Source of the DNA: Fimicolochytrium jonesii
Lineage: Eukaryota
Direction: 5' to 3'
Assembly: GCF_025526975.1 (NCBI RefSeq)
Contig: NW_026515675.1
Location: forward strand, 124,001-188,000
Length of the DNA stretch: 64,000 nucleotides
Shown here: piece after piece, positions 40,901 to 49,485 of the stretch
Position numbering within the stretch: the stretch's first letter is position 1
Layout of the letters: each line of letters starts with the position of its first letter
Made by a program: the position numbers and the translations under genes
The notes under the pieces: model-generated
Told to the model about the DNA's origin: nothing
The model's database searches: none
The model's input: the letters and a program-made list of their open reading frames with translations, nothing else

Positions 40901-43900
40901 TTAAAAAATCTGAGTTTGCTCGATACGTTAGACTATACTAGTTCGGCGTTGGTGAACAAACCTACGCTTGGTTCGCTTGCAGCACTTAGCAGTATTGACT
41001 ATGCTTCGACGTACATTACTGGAAAGCCAACTCTTGGTTCTCTTGCAGCACTGAGTAGTATAGATTACACTTCGGCTTTACTTACAAACAAGCCTTCGCT
41101 TGGTTCCCTTGCAGCACTGAGTAGTGTAGATTACACTTCGGCTTTACTTACAAACAAGCCTACGCTTGGTTCACTCGCAGCACTCAGCAGCATTGACTAT
41201 GCTTCGGCTTTACTTACAAACAAGCCTACACTTGGCAGTTTGGCGGCTAAATCTGTTATCAATCTTGGAAGTGCGGATGTGACCGGAATTCTTTCTGTTG
41301 CAAATATTGACCCAAACATTGTGCTTGCTGGAACGGGTTTAACTAAAACTGCTCAGACTTTGAGTGTCAATCCAGTACAAACACAAATTACAAGTGTTGG
41401 GACTTTGACGGGTCTCACCGTTTCTGGTTCTAGCACATTTACAGGGTCAATAACCGTACCTACTCCAACCACGGCTTCGCATGCTGTGACAAAATCATAT
41501 GTGGATGGATTGATTTCTACAACGCAAACGGGAGCGCAACCGCTAAATGGAAAATTGACTGCTATTTCTTCGAGCACCGCCACTCTCAACAATTTCCTTG
41601 TAGGAGATGGAACGAATTATATCAGTACCACTCCATCAGCATCTAGGACAGCTTTGGGTTTAGGCTCGATTGCATTGAAGAATTTTATAGATTTAGCAAA
41701 CGATGTTGGAACAACTGTCCTTCCATATGCCAACATTGACGGAACCGTCGCCTTGAAATCCTATGTAGATGGTTTAGTCTCAACTGCTGGAACGGGATTG
41801 ACAAAAACAGGAAACATTTTCAGCGTGAATGCTAGTCAAACAGGTATAACATCTCTTGGGACCCTATCATCATTGAGCGTCGGTGGGAATGCGAACTTAT
41901 CCAATGTTCAAATTGCCGGAACGACTGATTCTACCTCGACCACATCAGGTGCGCTCCAAGTTGTTGGAGGAGTTGGTGTGGGGAAAAGTGTGGTGGTTGG
42001 CGGCACCGTATTCCTAGGAGGAACAACAGCGAACCTGAATACCACAACAGGACAGACTTTGAATATAAATAACGCTGCATCGACTGTAGTTACTTCTACT
42101 CTTGACTCCAACGCTATAAATGCTGGTTCTCTCCAAGTTGCAGGCGGCGTTGGAATTGCTAAATCATTATACGTCGGTGGATATGGAATCATAAAAGAAT
42201 CTACAGCCGGAAATGGACCTTCTGTAGGTCTTATAAACTCAAACGGTGGAGGTTGGACTTTGTGGCATATAGGCCAAACTAGTGGCCTTGGAACTAATAA
42301 TTTCGGCTTATACAACAATACTGCCGCAAATCTTGCGTTATCGGTGAATGTGACAACGAATGCACTAACTATCAATTCGGTATCTGACTCCAACGCTACA
42401 AATACTGGGGCGTTACAGGTCGCCGGAGGCGTCGGAATCGCCAAGAAATTGACCGTAGGGAGTGATGCGAGTTTTGTCGGGTCGAATCAGAGTCTCTTCT
42501 GGTACAACGGTTCAGTCTCCACACCAACATTCGGAAGCAGCATAACGGGCAACGTTTCAGCAGCAGGGTATTTTTCCTCAAATTCGGCTATTGGCGATAT
42601 GGTAATTCGGGCACAGTACAATAATTCACCGACAAACTTACGATTCGCTAACTCACCCGGCGTATCAAACCTTGATATATTGACAAATGGAAATGTTCTA
42701 ATCAATACAACAACCGACTCCTCTTCTACAACAACTGGCGCTCTAACAGTTGCTGGAGGTCTAGGTGTGGGAAAATCTCTATTTGCTGGTTCAGCCGCCA
42801 CGGGAAGTCATACATTGCAAGTAAACTCGACATCTGTTGATATTTTAAAACTTCAGAGTCTTTCCGCGTCGGGGTTTTCTACTATCGGTTTCCTTAACAA
42901 CACAGGAACGGTAGTGGGGGCTTTTGGTTACGCAGGAGTCAATACGACCGCTCCAAATGCTGGGAACTTTTTTCTCTATTCCGGTTCGAATGCCAATTTC
43001 ATAATCAACTCTAATCTGCCATCTGTACAGATTCTTTCCACTATAGATTCTACTACGACAACATCAGGTTCCCTTCAGGTGAGAGGTGGAGCGGGTATCG
43101 CAGGGAATGTCAATATTGGTAAAGATTTGACTGTTAATGGCACAATCTACTCCAATATTGCTTCAACCGGACCTATTGTTAGCAGCCATCTTGGGACACC
43201 GAACTTGGCAGCGGGGAGTTTCTCAACACTTCAAATTGGAGTAGGAGCGGCTACAAATAACATGGCCAGATTGTACTTTAACTATGCTGGAGCGGGTCTT
43301 GCAACCAATACATTGGGTTTAGGATTGTGGAACAGCCCTCAAGGTCTTACAGTTGATGGAACGGGAAAGGTTTTTATTCCTAATGGTTCTATCGGCAGTT
43401 TGACAGTTTCAGGAAACATGAATTTCACCGGAAATCTGTCTACGATTACTTCAACAGGACAAGGGCCATTTTCGATAGACCCAAACAACAGCACGAACCC
43501 TTACGTCCGAGTATGGGACGACTTGAGAACTGTAGGAGATTTTTCCGTATGGAATTCAGCAGAGACCACTACTTGGTTCAAAGTTTTTACGAATAATGGT
43601 GTTGCATCTGTCTTTACCACAACCGATTCCACAGGAGTTGGATCAGGCGCTCTTCAAGTGAATGGAGGCGCTTCTGTTGCGAAAAACGTATATGTTGGAG
43701 GTAATGTATCGGTCTTGAACACTTCTGATGCAACTTCTAACACATCGGGCGCTCTTCAAGTGAATGGAGGCGCATCTGTAGCGAAATCTCTATATGTGGG
43801 GTCAAATCTGAACATATCCGGCGATTTGAAAAGTCCTGCATTAAATTCTGTTACAACTCTAATTCCATATCCCACAACGCCAGCAACAGGTTCCTCATGG

Positions 43901-44944
43901 AACGGCTATACAGTTACAGCCTCCAGCGAATACACGTATGCGAATGGAAACGGTGTAGATGGATACACTGGTCATCCATTCGATGCGTACATGAACGCCT
44001 CCATTGCATCCAGACTGCGATGGCAAACCAGTTCCACAAGTACAGCCAATTTAGGACTCGATGGAACAACACAAAGTCTTCATTACTCACTTTTACGGCT
44101 TCCATCATCTGTGGCTATGAGTTCAATCAAACTTACAGCATATCTACCCGATGGAGTGTTAATGCCGACAACATTCTCTGTCATTGCAGGAACAGTCGAG
44201 TCTACTATGGTAACAATCGCAACATTTTCGAATATACCTGCTTCGAGTTGGGTAATAGATGGTAATTCATTTAGTTTTGCAAATACCACGCCTTATGTAG
44301 TATGGGGTTGCGCATGGGCATACGCAAATCAGACGACAGCGGGTGGAGTGGCGATAAGACAGATTCAGTATAATCAAGCCGTTCCCAAAGCGACCCTTGT
44401 TAGCGCTTCTGCAAACAATATAGATATTTCCGGTGCGTTAACTACGGGCACGTTCGCAGCAAGTGGTGCAGCAACAGTAAATTCCTTGACATGCAACACA
44501 ACCGCACTAGTTAAATCAGATTTGACTTGTAGTACAAACATCTATGCTTCACAAATCATTCAATCTGCCGTTTGCATCAAAGATGGCGTGAATGATGTGT
44601 TATTGACAAATACAAATGGTTATACGGGCGGGTTCGGTCCCATTGGATGGAAAGTCGGGATGTCCGCGGTCGTTTGTCATGCAAGTTTTATGGGGTATAT
44701 GAATTCGAATAACACCCGGGTAACAATAACTGTTCAAATATTGGATCAATCCTCTACCGTAGTCGCCTCTAGAGCAGTCTCGTACTACTGTGATATAAAC
44801 AATTATCAGACTCGCTACCCATTCAGTTTTCAAGTGCCGTTGCTCTTTTCTTCGACGAATACGCAACTTTCCGCTCGGATAATTATACCGACAAGTATCA
44901 CCCTCTCGAACAGTTACTTGAATTTTTGGACGCAATGCTACTAA
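37973..44944 (+). CDS. Giant mosaic fibre/spike protein (2323 aa)
   Basis: Adenovirus-shaft-like PL…L.L…L.V..G.L repeats, 22-aa tandem repeats, seven DS…G(A/S)L.V.GG…K repeats, discoidin-like C-terminal region (VTASSEY…WQT…LRLP…SIKL). Confidence 0.8.
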   Translation: MSGLNSRTSSGIRVLERTNLVSPLVTNSLRANGENVSIDNFHSAGFQKVSNENGPILVNDIVESEDAIIHKTEGVASIEVVHDNMEFPLQRDDESRTISLSTNLPLGVNENGLNLFHDQTLSVGDEGLTVNFPPPELENLQEPLSRDDEGLKLNFDDSLEVNNGKLTVVKESLISPLTRNVQGISLDIDSTLTVENGQLSVVPENIEAIVDEAVRVEVPLSKDADKAIRLDYGKGLKLEDNKLETDVDTVIVGRGAISNDKAGSLALDDLLETGFDSLADFLGSDTDVDTTVVRLKTTDDFQQTGGKLAIRSKGMGQVPFYSALSGLNGDSSFTYNETLNELHVPHVYINTDFDPDNNQVPSTAYVEQLYQAGSGIDISGVSNGRRIVDVRTDASLAVDSNQNLYVNPSAIVNGSSVRVVDGKIASGLNFQSQNGLKLREGTNNDVQLALDVGPGLEKVGLNKVNLNITSKNAQILVDNETGGIEGNIEVKADSGLLMNENVLDIDKAALVDGDTITVNNGKLTGTNYHFGNGFHTDSQIGSATVNLDLKTDEDLSWNQSTATISSKITADGSTIVKQGSTLKGNYQAGQNISITGNTISANIPDVKVSSGSGVTVSGSSKSGYVISAQGTEISGGEGIICVGSPLTGYTISSIQPYKKKKEDDDPEEKNEDSEPSGESDPLTASSAPSTVSLVGPLGAALGAASSLIGAAPAAGAVASASSAFGAIGALAGAAGGVAVLGGLLQESGRRRQNKTNSDGTNIIGADGNPVLVDGSEVIIATFPKINDTDCDVTRLMFDKPPPCSWRGVAKEFGQQSVNLDILNEWNDEINAPAYMSVIANNTSLLQTALDTKFNKTGILPYSQLSNTPDLSVYQKILSATSPLSIANSVISLNSNLITSLGTLTSLNVTGALTAGSISSPTLNNYLLSSVASTTYQPLNARLTNFGNIAPTNTYMLIASGGNFIQYSPADVRANLSLKNLSLLDTLDYTSSALVNKPTLGSLAALSSIDYASTYITGKPTLGSLAALSSIDYTSALLTNKPSLGSLAALSSVDYTSALLTNKPTLGSLAALSSIDYASALLTNKPTLGSLAAKSVINLGSADVTGILSVANIDPNIVLAGTGLTKTAQTLSVNPVQTQITSVGTLTGLTVSGSSTFTGSITVPTPTTASHAVTKSYVDGLISTTQTGAQPLNGKLTAISSSTATLNNFLVGDGTNYISTTPSASRTALGLGSIALKNFIDLANDVGTTVLPYANIDGTVALKSYVDGLVSTAGTGLTKTGNIFSVNASQTGITSLGTLSSLSVGGNANLSNVQIAGTTDSTSTTSGALQVVGGVGVGKSVVVGGTVFLGGTTANLNTTTGQTLNINNAASTVVTSTLDSNAINAGSLQVAGGVGIAKSLYVGGYGIIKESTAGNGPSVGLINSNGGGWTLWHIGQTSGLGTNNFGLYNNTAANLALSVNVTTNALTINSVSDSNATNTGALQVAGGVGIAKKLTVGSDASFVGSNQSLFWYNGSVSTPTFGSSITGNVSAAGYFSSNSAIGDMVIRAQYNNSPTNLRFANSPGVSNLDILTNGNVLINTTTDSSSTTTGALTVAGGLGVGKSLFAGSAATGSHTLQVNSTSVDILKLQSLSASGFSTIGFLNNTGTVVGAFGYAGVNTTAPNAGNFFLYSGSNANFIINSNLPSVQILSTIDSTTTTSGSLQVRGGAGIAGNVNIGKDLTVNGTIYSNIASTGPIVSSHLGTPNLAAGSFSTLQIGVGAATNNMARLYFNYAGAGLATNTLGLGLWNSPQGLTVDGTGKVFIPNGSIGSLTVSGNMNFTGNLSTITSTGQGPFSIDPNNSTNPYVRVWDDLRTVGDFSVWNSAETTTWFKVFTNNGVASVFTTTDSTGVGSGALQVNGGASVAKNVYVGGNVSVLNTSDATSNTSGALQVNGGASVAKSLYVGSNLNISGDLKSPALNSVTTLIPYPTTPATGSSWNGYTVTASSEYTYANGNGVDGYTGHPFDAYMNASIASRLRWQTSSTSTANLGLDGTTQSLHYSLLRLPSSVAMSSIKLTAYLPDGVLMPTTFSVIAGTVESTMVTIATFSNIPASSWVIDGNSFSFANTTPYVVWGCAWAYANQTTAGGVAIRQIQYNQAVPKATLVSASANNIDISGALTTGTFAASGAATVNSLTCNTTALVKSDLTCSTNIYASQIIQSAVCIKDGVNDVLLTNTNGYTGGFGPIGWKVGMSAVVCHASFMGYMNSNNTRVTITVQILDQSSTVVASRAVSYYCDINNYQTRYPFSFQVPLLFSSTNTQLSARIIIPTSITLSNSYLNFWTQCY

Positions 44945-45321
44945 GTATCAATATCAAGAACGCACGCTCGATGGTCTTTGTCTGTTCCACATAGCATTCT
45001 CAGTTGTCCCTTATCGTCTGTGATCCCTAGATACCCGCTCTGAAAAATGAAATCTTTACGGAGACGATTATTCTTCTTGGTAAAAATAGTGTAAATCTGC
45101 TTAAAGATTTCCCGATTCTCGTCATTTACTTTGATATATGCCATGTAACCGGGTTTGTTTAACATAGACCGACATATTCGTTCCAGACTATCGAGGTCTG
45201 CTACGAAAAAATGAATTACAACAACTCCCTCGATACACTTGATATGTGAGTTAATTTCAAAAACGTTTGGCATGGCTATTGTCTGATGTATACCATTCAA
45301 ATCCTTAATTGGTTGCGACAC
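44941..45321 (-). CDS. Hypothetical viral protein, stop codon overlapping the fibre stop
   Basis: 126-aa ORF filling the space between fibre and right TIR. Confidence 0.45.
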   Translation of the reverse strand: MSQPIKDLNGIHQTIAMPNVFEINSHIKCIEGVVVIHFFVADLDSLERICRSMLNKPGYMAYIKVNDENREIFKQIYTIFTKKNNRLRKDFIFQSGYLGITDDKGQLRMLCGTDKDHRACVLDIDT

Positions 45322-45347
45322 GCAGAGAGGATGCGGATCTTAGAACA

Positions 45348-46861
45348 GGATGAGTAAGGAGAGTAAGGAGAGTAAAATGAGTATGATGAGTATCAAAATG
45401 ACAGGGTGTAAATGTGACGGGCACGGAGAAAGTGAAAAGTGTAAAGGTAGTATATGGCGGATTTGTAGCATTGTAGTGGTGAAAATGGGTAGAAACCTCT
45501 GTATAATAGGGTGGGGGTAAGAAAAGAGTTTGCGACGGAGAGAGTTTTTTTTTAAGGGTGCCTGTTTATAATATAGTTTTTCTGAAAAAAAGAACTACAA
45601 TACTACAGATGGCATTTCGATAAAAGATGGAGGGTAAAAATTGGAAAAGTGACGGGAATGGCTTGAGACATGGAGGGAACGGGGAAAGTGGTGAGAAAAG
45701 GGACTGTAGTGAAAGTGGTTGAATCGGTGGCACACAAGGTTAGGCAACGGTTAAAAAGTGATGTATGGAGTGAGGTAGAAACGCGAAGAGAAGAGGATAT
45801 GTAGATGGGGATGGAGGCGAACCAATATGGATGGCAACGGAATGAAATTGAGAGTAAGTTTTTAAAAATGGAAATGAGAATATGAAAGAAAAGTGAGAAA
45901 ATAAAGGGAGAAAACGGCGAAATCTGGGGAAAAAGTTGCAAATTTGGGCCGAAAAAACCGAAATTTACGACAAAAATGACATTTCAAAATATCGCATTTT
46001 TTCGTGCGGGATCAGGAAGCGGGGATGTCAAAGTGATACTCATTCTACTCATCGTACTCATTATACTCACGCTTCTGAACATACGGATTTGAGAAATCAC
46101 GGTCAAAAGGGCCGATTTATGATTCTGAAGCATTTATGCGTCGGGGAGGGCTGGGTATTGGAGGTGTCAAATTGATACTCATGATACTCATCGTACTCAC
46201 ATAACTCCTTGCCCAACAGATAGAGTAGTTTTGAGAAAGCGGCTGAAATAATGGCAAAAGCGACCTTTTTGTGATTGTTTGGGCATTTGTACATCGGGGA
46301 GGGCTGGGTATTGGAGGTGTCAAATCGATACTCATCATATTCATATAACTCATCGTACTCGCGCGACAGATAGGGTAGTTTTGAGAAAGTGGTTGAAATC
46401 ATGGCGGAAAAGACCTTTTTGTTAGAGAAAGACAAATGGTGAGAGTCGGTGAGGGATGGGTATGGGAGGTGTCAAATTGATACTCATTGTACACATCGTA
46501 CTCATATAACGCATGGTTCTTGCGGCGCAAGGGGACATCCGAATGTCCCGGTGGCTTAGATTGTGAAGGGAAAGTAACAGAATTTGACAGCGCGTCGTGG
46601 GAACTGAAGAACACGGTCTTACCCGACTCCGGGTTAATGGCTCATAGGCTGGTACGGTTAATGCATAATACCAAAGGTGTAGGATACACGGTTAATACAT
46701 TACACCCTACATCAGGAATACGGTTAATGCATAACACTTTCAGCAGCCGCTACGGTTAATGCACAGTGTAAAGTAGAGCCAGGTACGGTTAATGCACAGT
46801 GTAATAGTATAGTGGATCAGTGCATAGCATAAACCAATGGTTTATGCTATGCACTGATCCA
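45348..46861 (-). repeat. Right terminal inverted repeat of the PLV, ending in the 49-bp palindrome (46813-46861)
   Basis: Reverse complement of 22805-24305. Confidence 0.95.
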
Positions 46862-47713
46862 ATATGCGATCGAGACTCCAGATTTGCATCGGAAATGTGG
46901 GCGAGTATCCAGGACCAGTTGGGATACATCACCAACATTGCGTCCAGCGGTCACCATCAAACTGTCGGGCAAGCAGAAAGGATGATTCGCACCATCAAGA
47001 CGATGTTCGCCACGAAGCCTGACCTGACGGGCACCAACTGGACCTCCAACCTGGCGGCCTTCGAATTTGCGTTCAACAACACCGTCAACGAAAGCACCGG
47101 AATGACCCCATTCTTCGCGGATTTGGGATACCATCCAAGACGTCCAAACGCTTCATCCGACCCGACGCTGACACCAGGACCCACCTGGGCCCGACACGTC
47201 AGCGATCTCACCGCGACCATTATGGAGAGGTTGCTGGAATCGCAGGATTGGTTTGCCCGCTACGCCGACAAGCGCCGACTCCCGTACGACCACCGCATCA
47301 AGCCCGGCGCCCACGTACTCGTCCATAAGGAAGCGCTGAACCTCCCCGAGGATCGAAACCTCCCCCCAGGCGCCGCCAAAATACTGCCCACCTGGGTTGG
47401 ACCGTTTCCAGTCGTGGGAACCGGCGAGCACCCGAACAACTTCACCGTCCAACTACCGGCCGAGTTGGGGAGAACCCATCCGCTATTCCATGTCGACGTT
47501 CTCAAGTACTACAACGTGCGACTACCAACGTACAGCACTTCCATCGACGGCCACGCTTATGCGCAGATCCTATGAGAGCGCAAGAAGCGAAACCAGATCG
47601 AGTTCTTAGCGCGGCGGTCGGGACTGCCACCACACACGGCGGAATGGGTGACGAAGGACAAGATCATAGATAGCCTTGCGTACCTTGCGTACACGCTGCA
47701 TCTGGCCATCTGA
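46862..47713 (+). pseudogene. Ty3/Gypsy LTR-retrotransposon integrase 3' half with degenerate chromodomain
   Basis: CDRDSRF, HHQTVGQAER, FAFNN…STGMTPF, WVGPF, HPLFHV; in-frame TGA at 47573; starts abruptly at the PLV end. Confidence 0.88.
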
Positions 47714-47751
47714 GGAAAGTCGAGATCATCGTGCTCTGACTTTGTGGGGGG

Positions 47752-47971
47752 TGTAACAGGAGACATGCTGAGTCAGGGTTAGGGTTGGGGTGGCGCTCAC
47801 AGGACTCCACGTGACGGGCTAGGTAGTTTAAATCCCTGTGGTATAAAAGGGTCTTTTTCGGAGTTGCCTTTTATGAATACATACGGGAGTTGAGGACGAA
47901 TACTGTTGCAGCTGGCCAAGCTCGGACGCGTGTATCCAGCTTTATGTTCACATACTGTACAGACAGTTACA
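47752..47971 (+). mobile_element. 3' LTR of the Gypsy element (~220 bp)
   Basis: Preceded by G-rich PPT-like tract; TGTAAC…GTTACA ends; internal TATAAAA. Confidence 0.75.
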
Positions 47972-47983
47972 AGTTGTACTGTA

Positions 47984-48173
47984 CAGTCTGTTGCCATAAA
48001 GCAGGTCGCACCCGGCCGTGCGCAGTCGGCCCCAGCGGGTTGTTGCCTCGGAGAATGACAGATCTAGTTTAGATTAGGGGTCCTAATACCGTGAATAAGG
48101 ATGATGGGTGCAATGATCAGCGGCGAGGACACTAACTTACTTTCGGGGCGACCTGCTTTATGGCAACAGACTG
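47984..48173. mobile_element. 190-bp MITE of Tc1/mariner type
   Basis: Perfect 26-bp TIRs CAGTCTGTTGCCATAAAGCAGGTCGC; TA on both sides. Confidence 0.85.
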
Positions 48174-48338
48174 TAGGTATGCGGACCGGCGAACCGGCAT
48201 CAAAATTTGTTAATGCGCGACCCAAGGCCAAACAAAATGGGTAATGACCAGTCAAGGGTCTCACCCAGCGGAGAGAATATGAGAAGACAGGCTGAAACAG
48301 ACAGAGACAAGAGGCGCAAGTTGTAGATATCCGGCACA

Positions 48339-49485
48339 TTACTCCCGGAACGAAAGGCGTCTGGCATAGGCGACGATGTCGTCCAGGTCTTCTGATGGTG
48401 GGGTGGACAGATCGGATACGTTGTCGTCCTCGAAGCTCAGCTCTCCCGCACAGCAGGCGAATTCGGAGGCGAAGACGGATTGGAGTCTAAGAAGGTCCCG
48501 GTGAACCTCCCACAACGCCGGCCGATCCAAAGGTTTCGTTTCAAACATCTTTGCGATCAGGTCCAAGTGAGCGTCTAGCGAACCGTCGGTCGGTTTGATT
48601 TTCTTCAGCCATTTCAGGGTTCTTGGAACGCAGTTGGAGAAAGGTTGATTGCGAAGTACCGCATGTAAGCCGGTGCGGACGTCGTAGCCGCTCATTGTTG
48701 TGAAAAGTTCGGCAAATACTGCCCCGAGGGAGAAAACCTCCGAGGTTCGATTGTAGTTTCGTCCTTGGCGGACCTCCGGCGCCATATACTGTTCGGTTCC
48801 GACGTCTGTTCGGCAAGTGGTGCCGTCCTCGCACTGGCGGCTAGCGCCGAAGTCGACAAACACTAACGCGCCATCATCATCAATGCAGATGTTATCCGGC
48901 TTGATGTCGCGATGAATGACAGGGGGGACGAGAGTGTGCAGTGAGTGAATGGCGGACGCCATGCATAGCATCCATTGGGTTCCATCTTGCACACATCAGA
49001 CTTCGTCGGAGCCGGCTTTCTCATAGCGGTAAGCACCACCGTTGGCGAGTTGAGCCACTGTCGGAGGGTGAACTGGCACCATGGCTGATAGAACATATAC
49101 AGGGTCAATTTATCTTCTTCCAGATCTTCTTGGGCGGCACCGAGGATTTCGGCATGTGCGGCAGACCACTCACTGCCTTGAGAAGATTGTATTCGGCGGT
49201 CACCAAGGCGTGTTGGAGATGCGGATGGATATTCTTTCGCGCGGCCTTTTCGCCTTTCGAGCTGCCACTTTTAGACACAACAAGTACGACTTGGCCTTGG
49301 GCTCCTAAGTGCGGCACCCGATGCACCAGCTGATGCGGTTGGGCGAACTCGACATCTCGTTCGATCTTGCTGATCAATACTGGAGAGGAAGGTGAGAGCG
49401 CTTGACGAGGGTCTCTGGACGCAGGAGCTGGGTCGGTGCTAGCCATGATTGGAATGTTGTTGAAGATTGTTGAAGACGAGCCCAT
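48339..49485 (-). pseudogene. Intronless Ser/Thr protein kinase pseudogene (two frameshifts)
   Basis: GAQGQV, AARK, HRDIKPDN, DFG, GTEQYMAPE, EVFSLG spread over three frames. Confidence 0.8.

Larger units (their letters stand above)
22805..46861. mobile_element. Endogenous Polinton-like virus (PLV), ~24 kb, with long TIRs and hairpin termini
   Basis: ~1.5 kb TIRs, TG...CA ends, intronless densely packed AT-richer ORFs: TVpol-SF3 helicase, tyrosine recombinase, rve integrase, packaging ATPase, minor and major capsid proteins, fibre. Confidence 0.92.

Noticed and set aside
24296..45321. Classical Maverick/Polinton or Mavirus-type virophage assignment
   Set aside because: No protein-primed PolB or cysteine protease motifs recognised and termini are not AG...CT with a 6-bp TSD; PLV is the better-supported label
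46820..46861. ATG-less N-terminus of the 251-aa ORF suggesting a virus-Gypsy fusion gene
   Set aside because: Chance in-frame read through the terminal palindrome into the truncated Gypsy integrase
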